DNA of 64,000 bases from Heteronotia binoei (lineage: Eukaryota). The DNA is taken from contig NC_083240.1 in the NCBI RefSeq assembly GCF_032191835.1, forward strand, positions 21,700,001-21,764,000, written 5' to 3'. Under the pieces are notes generated by a model, which saw nothing but the letters and a program-made list of their open reading frames with translations, was not told where the DNA came from and did not search any database. Below, piece by piece: positions 56,100-64,000 of this stretch (within the stretch, counting starts at the first letter, position 1; the number at the start of each line of letters is the position of its first letter). The translations under genes and the position numbers were made by a program.

Positions 56100-57408
56100 G
56101 TTCAGGTGGTCTCGCCTCTTGTTGTAGTCTTTAATGGGGCTGTCTGAGAAATTGCACTGTTTTAAATGTCTTTAAACTGAAAGCAGATTTTGAGTTGATT
56201 AAGCGTGTTGGAGGCAGGGAACCAAACGGACAGGAGAGCACTTTTCCTTCAGGGCAATACAGGTTTGCCTTAATTTGGAGCAGTAGGCAGTCTTTCATGT
56301 GTGCACACTGAGATGAGAAGGATCTGTCCAAAGAGCTGTGCAAAGCAACAGCAGAACGTGATTTAGGGCGGGGGTCCCCAAGATGGTGCCTGGAGGAGCC
56401 ACAGCACCCACCAGCACCTTTCCTGCTGCCTACCAACTATTTTTAGAAAGTGGGTGTGGCTATTTTCCAGCCACTGGAAATCTAATTGGTTGTGCAAATT
56501 AAAATAACTGTCCAGGTGGCAGTTAACATCGGTTTTGGTGTCGGTTTTATTCTCTCACACCTCTTTCCCTCTGTATATTTTTAAATTACTCCTCCTGTCC
56601 CCTACCCTTGGACTTCCTTTGTGTGTGACTCCACCTCCCACGAGGGCCATTTTGTAACTGAGCCCACTACCTTTTGTCACAACTCCAAAGTTGCTCACAG
56701 GCTCAAAAAAGTTGGAGACTCCTGATCTAGGGGAAAAATTAGTGGAAGGCAGGATTGAGTTTCCTCCTATGGGCAAGAACAAATCAAAACCTTTTCTTAA
56801 TTGATAGTTAGCAGAAAGGTTTTCCCACATTCTCGCTCAGAAAGCAAGCCATGCTTTCAGGAGATATTCCAACTGATACTGCTGACAATTCTTTGGGCTT
56901 TGCATGTGATCAAAAATTGCAGATTTCTTAGTTCTATATTGTGGAAAGTTTTGTTCTTAGTGGTAATGAATCTTCTAAAGGAGGGTTGGGACATATTCAG
57001 GGTGAGTTAAAAGAGTAGTCCTGCAGTCTGCTTGCAGTAAGAGCTACGTGCTTGTGTAGATTGGCCCACAAGATCAGGAATGATCCCACAGTTCTGCAGA
57101 GAACTGCATCTGCAAAGGGGTGGCAAAATTCCATTATAGTCATGTAGAAATCTTGTGCTTCCCTGCAAGGGGGAGGGGAGGAGAGAGAGAAAGTGCAGCC
57201 TGTATCTGCTGTAGGCGCAGACGTGCAGGAAGCCTGAGAACCACCACCTGAGGTCATGTCACACAATATGCACCCACAGCCTTGGCTGCAGGTGCCACAA
57301 GTTACCAAAGGCCAGTGCTTCTGGCTGGGAACCGAGCTTCAAAAACACAAGAGGGGCTTTAACACCAGGAACGTAGAACGAAGGAGTAAAGCTTGTGAGT
57401 TCTCCAAC

Positions 57409-57602
57409 CAGTGTTCCTTCTAAGCTGAGTTAGTGTGAGCTAGCTCACAGTTTTTAAGCCTGTGGCTTACAGGTTTTTGTCTTTGCTCAGGAAAAACGGC
57501 CCCAGAGCAAACTAATTGATCCAGTAACACAACTTTCATGCCAGTAGCTCACAAAGTTAGATTTTTTTGCTCACAAGACTCCACAGCTTAGAGGGAACTT
57601 TG
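57409..57602. mobile_element. hAT MITE (CAGTGTTCCCTCTAAG family)
   Basis: Perfect 8-bp TSD tctccaac. Confidence 0.88.
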
Positions 57603-57774
57603 TCTCCAACCTATTCATTTGAAACTCTGATGAAGTTGGGGTGGCAGAGAGTTTCAGCCATTGCAGGAGTAATGCAGAATTCCTGTAAAACCCCGAACGC
57701 AGAGGCTAGATAACAGGTGCAGTTCTCAAACGGAGATGGCGTTCTGAAGCAGAAGTCTTACACTGAACGCACAC

Positions 57775-57780
57775 TTTATT
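57775..57780 (-). terminator. Probable KLHL21 polyadenylation signal (3'UTR about 57755-60401)
   Basis: AATAAA on minus with GU-rich downstream and AU-rich upstream sequence. Confidence 0.6.
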
Positions 57781-58343
57781 CATCCTTCAGATTTTCAAGT
57801 TTTGAAGGAAAAAAAATTTCAAAATATAATACCGTTTTTTCTATTCCCCCCTGCCCCCCCACCAGGTATGTTACATACAATACTTAAAGGCTGAACACAA
57901 GACCTCCCAAAGTTAAATAAATACAAAGTTGTCCATCTGGTTCTAGAGCTTCCAAGCTGCTACAGATCCAGCAGTGAGCATTACATGGGGGGGGGGGGGA
58001 GTATCATCTTAATAGGCCAGCACATGAGACTTTATGGGTTAAGTAATAACAGTACAAGATGTAGGCAGCAGTAGCAGCTCAAGGTCTGTAAACAGCTGGC
58101 GCAGAGTTGCAAAAAATCTGCCATCCTGAGCAAGCCCTTAAAGCAAAGGAAGGGCTTGGGATGCAGAGATCATCGGCTCCTTTGGCACAAAGGAACACGC
58201 AAGTCAGAAAGAATGAGAAAAACACAGGTTGATGTGTTTTTTTAAAAAGGTGAGTAAAGGCTGAAGCAGAACACACCTCGCAATATGCATGCACGCATGC
58301 CCTCGCAATGTACAGCCTCATGCTCTGGCACTGAGTCTTGCAT

Positions 58344-58525
58344 GAAGAAGAACTGCAGATTTATACCCTGCCCTTCTCTATGAATCAGAGCGGCTTACAA
58401 TCTCCTTTATCTTCTCCCCCCACAACAGACACCCTGTGAGGTGGGTGGGGCTGAGAGAGCTTTCACAGCAGCTGCCCTTTCAAGGACAGCTCCGAGACAG
58501 CTATGGCTAACCCAAGGCCATTCCA
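58344..58525 (-). mobile_element. Squam3-like SINE (5'-truncated) within the probable KLHL21 3'UTR
   Basis: Family body and tail. Confidence 0.8.
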
Positions 58526-60401
58526 TGGTCACAAACTGACAACCTGACCATGCCCATTCTAGCTTCACAAGCAGCTAAACCTTTTTCTGCAGACCAGTGG
58601 CCAGTCTGCTGTTTCCCGCAGCTCAGGAATAGCTGCTGCTTCTCTCTGTGATGGCAGCTCACCAGGGGATGCCTTCGAGAAGAACCAAGAACAAAGCACA
58701 GATCCAAAATGTCGGTCCGCCGTCTTTGGCAGCGCCGGTGGAGGGTGGGAGCTGTGGCCTGTTTCACACATTCAGAAGGAGGAGGCAGTGGAGCCCTGAG
58801 GGGGTCAAACGGTACCACACAGCTTCAGACATCAGGTGGAGGATTCCAGACTCTGGAATGTTTCTTTGTGCAGAAAATGAGCACCAGCAGGGAGAAAAGG
58901 TCTACTTTCTCTCTTGGCTGGAAATGCTGGTTTTCTGTTTGGGGGGAGTCGACCAAGAGAAGGCATGTCAAATGGGGACCCCTCTGCTGAAGCTAAAGTG
59001 GTGCATTTGACCAACTTAATTCCTCCTGCGTGTGTGAACCAGGGCTAAGGCTTGTTTCAAGCTGCATTCCATTAAGGCACCATTGGTGAAAACCTCAAAC
59101 CTGTTAAATAAGAGTGCCCCACCCCCCCCAATGGAGATCCTCCCCTCTCTCCATCTTATCATTTGGCTTTAGAAAACTAAGAGAAAGTGCCCTGAACCAA
59201 ACAGTGAGTCAAAAAAACAACTGGTCCCTTCTTAGGGACCTCCACAGCAGCAACTGGAAGGAAGGGGGGAAAAGGCCCTTGACTATCTGTGATAACCACC
59301 CTTCTCCTGTTTCTTTTCCAAATGGGAATCTGACACTCAGCAACTGAAAAACCTCATCAGGAACACCCACTGCCGACATGCCAAACAACTGACTGGGAGG
59401 CTTCTCTGGTTCCACACGCTTGCTCCGATTAAATAAAAAAAATAAAATACAATTGCTCAACTTGCTCTGTGAAAACTAGAACGTTTAGAGACCATCAGAA
59501 GCAATAATATTGTCCTAAGGGACAGGGGGAAAAAATAGTTCTCTCTACTCAAAACATAGAAGGCACCAACACTGAAAGGAGGTGCTGTGAGTTCATTAGA
59601 GGAACACGGGATCCTCTTGTGCCAAACACACACCATAGCAGCTACACTGTTTGCACAACAAAATTACTCACTTGAATACTGTTATTTTTCCTTTGCTCAT
59701 CTTCAGAAGCAACTCTAGTTATTCTATCCAATCCCACCCCCCCTCCCCGCAATATGAGCAGCTAACAAAACAGATATGACACAGCATCTCCCAAAGCAGC
59801 ACTATCCCACCCATTGGCACCTGATTGTGGGTTCTCTCCCCAAAAAAAGGAAACCGGGTTTGGAACTCCTTCCTTACAGGGAGAGGAAGGGGTCCACCAA
59901 AGGCAGGTGTTAAACAGAAGGGGTGCAGAGACTGCAGCTGCCCATGCACAACAGCAGCTTACCAACCTGCTGCTACCTGAACTATTCTTTTGTGGAGGGA
60001 GACTGTTTTTCCCTTAAGGAGTAAAGGATTTGGTGGGAGGAGATGCTTTCGGCAAGGGAGGGGGAGCTATCAGACCCCTTTTGGAAAGGCTACTCCTCCA
60101 ATCATCACTCTCTCAGCTTCCAGCCAGGTGATGAGTCAACCATTCCCCCACCCCTAAAAGATTCCTTTCCAGGAATTCCCCTGTTCTGCTGCCCCCTCCC
60201 CTGCCAAAGAGAAGGCTGATCCCCAAGGAAAACACTCAGTGCCCCCTATGCTCCTCTTTTCCATCTGCCCGGCAATTCGGGTCGCCTCTTCAAGCATGCA
60301 CGTCACAGACTCCAACGCCCAGCTTGCCTCCCGCCCCAGAAGTGACGTCCGTTCTGGGTGGCAGATTGGCTCCTAGCCACCAGAGACAAGCCGGCCAGCC
60401 G

Positions 60402-60695
60402 TTAGTGCAGCTCATTCAGGTTCTGGTTGCGAAGGTTCTGCTGCTGCTGACGGCTCAGGCTGACGGCGTTGTCCAGGGGGAGCTCCTCGTCTTCCTGGGT
60501 CTCGGGCATGAACTGGCGGAAAATGCTGACGCTGCTGTGCCAGAAGATCGGCTCCGGCAGCTGACCCACCACGCTCCAGGTCCGCGTTTCGGGATCGTAC
60601 GCTTCGACGACGCCTGAAAGTTCGAAGGTGCTGTCATAGCCGCCAGAGACATAGAGCTTCCCGCCTAGCACAGCTAAGCTGCCCCCAACGTGAAC
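60402..60695 (-). CDS. KLHL21: KLHL21 last exon (VHVGGSLAVLGGKLYVSGGYD...LNELH*)
   Basis: Kelch repeat motifs; 294 bp; syntenic position. Confidence 0.94.
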   Translation of the reverse strand, partial: VHVGGSLAVLGGKLYVSGGYDSTFELSGVVEAYDPETRTWSVVGQLPEPIFWHSSVSIFRQFMPETQEDEELPLDNAVSLSRQQQQNLRNQNLNELH

Positions 60696-60702
60696 CTGGA
60701 AA

Positions 60703-60727
60703 GAATCATAGAGTTGGAAGGGACCCC
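60703..60727 (-). mobile_element. CR1 3'-tail micro-fragment at the KLHL21 acceptor
   Basis: GTCCCTTCCAACTCTATGATTCT; the same motif occurs at about 45379. Confidence 0.6.
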
Positions 60728-60887
60728 CTGAACAATGCAGGAAATGCAGAAGGGAGGCAATATTGACCACAGCCACACTCCATATGAATTAAATATAGCA
60801 AGCCCAGTTTTCAAGTCCTCTCTGCCACCAAGACGTCGAAGAAGAAAACTCCTCTGTTTAGATACTTAGCCACTTGTAACATCACAT

Positions 60888-61094
60888 GAACACATGATGC
60901 TACCTGATACTGAATCAGACTGTCGGTCTGTCAAGGTCAGTGCTGACTACCCAGAATGGCGGCAGCTTTCCAGAATCTCAGGCAGAGGTCTTTCATTTCA
61001 CCTATTACCTGGTCCTTTTTAACCGGAAATCCTGAGAATTGAACCTGGGACCTTCTGCCTGCCAAGTAGAGGCTCTGAGCCATTATCCTGCCCC
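60888..61094 (-). mobile_element. tRNA-derived SINE
   Basis: Antisense of the family at 30262. Confidence 0.7.
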
Positions 61095-61129
61095 CTCCAT
61101 TTTATGCTGCAGGGCATGTAAGCATGTAA

Positions 61130-61552
61130 TTAAGTGCCATCAAGTCACAGCTGACTTACTGATGAACCCAGCAAGAGGCTTTTAAGGCAAGTAAGAAGCA
61201 GAGGTGGTTTGCCTTTGTCTGCCTCTGCGTAGCAACCTTGGACTTAAACGATGACCTCCCATCAAAGTATCAACCAGGGCCATCCCTGCTTAGCTTCTGA
61301 GATCTGATAAGATCAGGCTAGCCTGGTCCATCCAGGTTGGACAAACAATCTGACCACTGTATGTACGCTCAGTCAAGTTGCAACCAACTTATGGGAACTC
61401 CAGCAAGAGGCTTTCAAGGCAAGTGAGAAGCAGAGCTGGTTTTTCATTGCCTTCCTCTGCAGAGTCTTCCTTGGTGGTCTCCCATCCAAGGATCCGCCCT
61501 GCTTAGAGATCCAACAAGATTGAGCTATACCATGCTGCCTTCCCTCCCATCC
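61130..61552 (-). mobile_element. Two adjacent 5S rRNA-derived SINEs
   Basis: Two antisense units (about 61130-61340 and 61370-61552). Confidence 0.65.
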
Positions 61553-62099
61553 CTGGGAATGGGCTTGACCATAAGAGTGACTGGCCCAAGGTCACTCAAC
61601 AAGTTTCTATAGCAGAGCAGGGATTCAAGCCTGGGTCTCAGAACTGAGTCTAACCACTATTCCATACTGGAAGTTTCTGACCATGTCCCCTACTTTCATG
61701 TTAAATTTGCTCATAAATCCCACACAATGGCTATCCTATGGATTCAATCACAGCTGCCAACAACAGAAGAGACGGACTGGAACCATGAAAGGGAAGTTGG
61801 GAAAAGGCAGCTCCTTAAATGTAAGTGTGGGATGCAAGTGCTGTCTGTCAATTCCAAGCCTAATGTTAGTTTCCCTAGGCTGTTCTTCACAACGAGGCCT
61901 TAAGAATGTAACCAAACACCTCTGGATGCAACAGCTCAACTGTTTTTCAGTGTGACCATGTAAACAGAGGCCACTGTGAAGTGTCATGCAGTCACTGACT
62001 CAGACCTACTGGATTAGTGCAATTATCTTTACTGATTCACACTCCCACATGTGCTGATGTGCTAAACAGAGGCTACCTGGAGCAATTAGGCACCATGAG

Positions 62100-62253
62100 C
62101 AATACTTCCTCTAAGCTGCAGAATCTTGTGAGTTACTGCATAAATTAGTTTGTTCTGGGGCTATTTTTCCTGAGTTGAGACAAAAATGCGTGAGCCGGAG
62201 GCTAACAAACTGTTAAGCTAGCTCACATTAACTCAGCTTAGAGGGAACGCTTG
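62100..62253. mobile_element. hAT MITE (CAGTGTTCCCTCTAAG family), internally deleted
   Basis: TIRs and family body in reverse orientation. Confidence 0.75.
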
Positions 62254-62534
62254 CCGTGAGGCTTTTTAATTTGCACAATTCATCATCAGCTTTTACAGAA
62301 CTTATATCCCACCTCACTGTTCAAAAATAATAAGTCAGGGGTCTTAAAGTCATAAAGACCAATATGCATAATAAAATAAAATATCTAGCCACAGTAAATG
62401 GATACAGTACTAAAATCTATCACTATCAAACCTAGTAGTTAGAATCTGTTCAAAACTGCCCTGCAGCAATGAAGCAGAGCACTACCACAGAAGACCTCAG
62501 GATATAACCAGGCCAGCTCGTCAATTAAGAGTGA

Positions 62535-62700
62535 AACAGCCATGGCTCAGTGGGAAAGCATCTGCTTTGAATGCAGAAGGTCCCAGGTTCAATCCCCAGC
62601 ATCCCTGGTTAAGATCAGATATTAGATGACATGAAAGACCTCCTCCACCTGAAACCCTGGACAGCCACAGCTAGTCTAAAAAGACAAGAGAGACTAATCT
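62535..62700 (+). mobile_element. tRNA-derived SINE
   Basis: GGCTCAGTGGGAAAGCATCTGCTTTGAATGCAGAAGGTCCCAGGTTCAATCCCC head. Confidence 0.75.
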
Positions 62701-62870
62701 TCAAAGGCAAACCCAGGAAGAACATGTTACAGTAGTCCAAGGTGGATGTTACCAGGGCTTGTCTTGAAAGTGGCGAAGTCTGCTTCTTCTGGGAATGCAG
62801 AGAGCTGGCAAACCTGCTTAAGCTGGTAAAAGGCAATGGCAGCCACCTCCACAACACACTATTCAGTGAG
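62701..62870 (-). mobile_element. L2 RT fragment
   Basis: QALVTSTLDYCNMFFLGLPLK. Confidence 0.7.
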
Positions 62871-63188
62871 CAACCATGACCTTGTCATCGTAGATCTACA
62901 TACAGTTCTGATTGCATGTTACTTGCTGTAGATTTTGTGCACCAAGGCATTCGCTACCTCTAGTGACAAGAACCCTTACCATCCACAGACCTATCAAACA
63001 AATAATTTTTGAATCTCCAACACAGCACAAAGCAATACTACAATTAAGATCCCTTCTCCTTTCCCAATTACTATAAATTTCTGTCTCAAGTCTGAAACAA
63101 AGTGAAGACCTGGATTCCTCTGGTTTTGTATGTGTGTGTCTTAAAAAAAACACCTTTTTAAAAAAGAGAGGATCAGAAACAAACCTAC

Positions 63189-63261
63189 CTGGAGCATTGA
63201 AGGGATTTTGTCCCATTCATTCTTCGCCGGGTTGTACACATCAACTTCAGCAGAGTCATCT
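63189..63261 (-). CDS. KLHL21: KLHL21 penultimate exon ([24 protein letters not shown])
   Basis: 73 bp; ctacag acceptor, CAG|gtaggt donor, in phase with the last exon. Confidence 0.93.
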
Positions 63262-63343
63262 CTGTAGATGGAAACAAAGGAAAAAAGAGGCTATGGAAGA
63301 GACCAAAGAGTATCCCATCATGTGAACAAGACCAAAGACATTC

Positions 63344-63615
63344 CCAGTTTGGTATAGTGGTTAAGTGTGCATACTCTTATCTGGCAGAACCGGTTTTGAT
63401 TCCCCACTCCTCCACCTGCAGCTGCTAGAATGGCCTTGGGTCAGCCATAGCTCTCGCAGGAGTTGTCCTTGAAAGGGCAGCTGCTGTGAGAGTCCTCTCA
63501 GCCCCACCCACCTCACAGGGTGTCTGTTGTGGGGGAGGAAGATAAAGGAGATTGTGAGCTGCTGAGACTTGCAGTGGAGGGTAGGATATAAATCCAGTAT
63601 CATCCCCATCATCAT
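63344..63615 (+). mobile_element. Squam3-like SINE, full length
   Basis: Head CCAGTTTGGTATAGTGG through a (CAT)n tail. Confidence 0.85.
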
Positions 63616-64000
63616 GTGTGCATACCTCTACTTCTCTCCCAGTTAGGTCAAAATCCACCAAAGTAATAATTATCTGCAGGAGACTTATTATATATTTATA
63701 CTCCACTCTCCCCCCCTCATCCCGATGGGGTCCCAAGGCAACTTACAACAGCATTCTCCACCCCCCCCCCCCCATTTTATCCTCACAATCACCACCCGAG
63801 GAAGCAGGTGAAGTTAAGAATGACTGGCCCAAGATCAGCCAGTGAGCTTCTATGCAGTCTCTCAGATCCTAGTCCAGAACTCTGGTCACTACCCGATGCT
63901 AGCTCTCTAAGGGGCGATTCTTTCTTCCCAAAATTCCTTAAGCTTCCAAAACCATAGTGGTGATTAATGCATCGCCAGCACCTATGTTTTAGACAGGCAC

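Noticed and set aside
62535-62600. tRNA gene
   Set aside because: A/B boxes are present but run into a SINE body repeated elsewhere; no convincing acceptor stem or terminator.

Overview
Vertebrate nuclear DNA, very likely from a squamate (gecko-like, judged from Squam3-like, Sauria and 5S-derived SINEs plus BovB). It is not prokaryotic. The gene order PLEKHG5(-) / NOL9(-) / TAS1R1(+) / ZBTB48(+) / KLHL21(-) matches the human 1p36.31 block. I reconstructed exons by hand from splice signals, reading phase and remembered orthologue sequences. NOL9 has 12 coding exons (660 aa), TAS1R1 has 6 (847 aa, intact) and ZBTB48/TZAP has 10 (699 aa, one GC-AG intron). The window also holds the last two KLHL21 exons and a PLEKHG5 first coding exon. 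Introns are dense in mobile DNA: a full-length 5.8 kb L1 with a perfect 20-bp TSD, CR1/L2/RTE/BovB fragments, several SINE families, hAT-type MITEs and Penelope-like repeats carrying degenerate hammerhead-ribozyme motifs. Most notable: (1) three host splice acceptors whose pyrimidine tract is supplied by a retroposon 3' tail, one with the AG duplicated as the TSD; (2) hammerhead-motif repeats with covarying stems arranged as inverted pairs; (3) TAS1R1 ligand-pocket substitutions, including Glu at the human H308 nucleotide site. Family names and orthologue comparisons come from memory, not database searches, and repeat boundaries are approximate.
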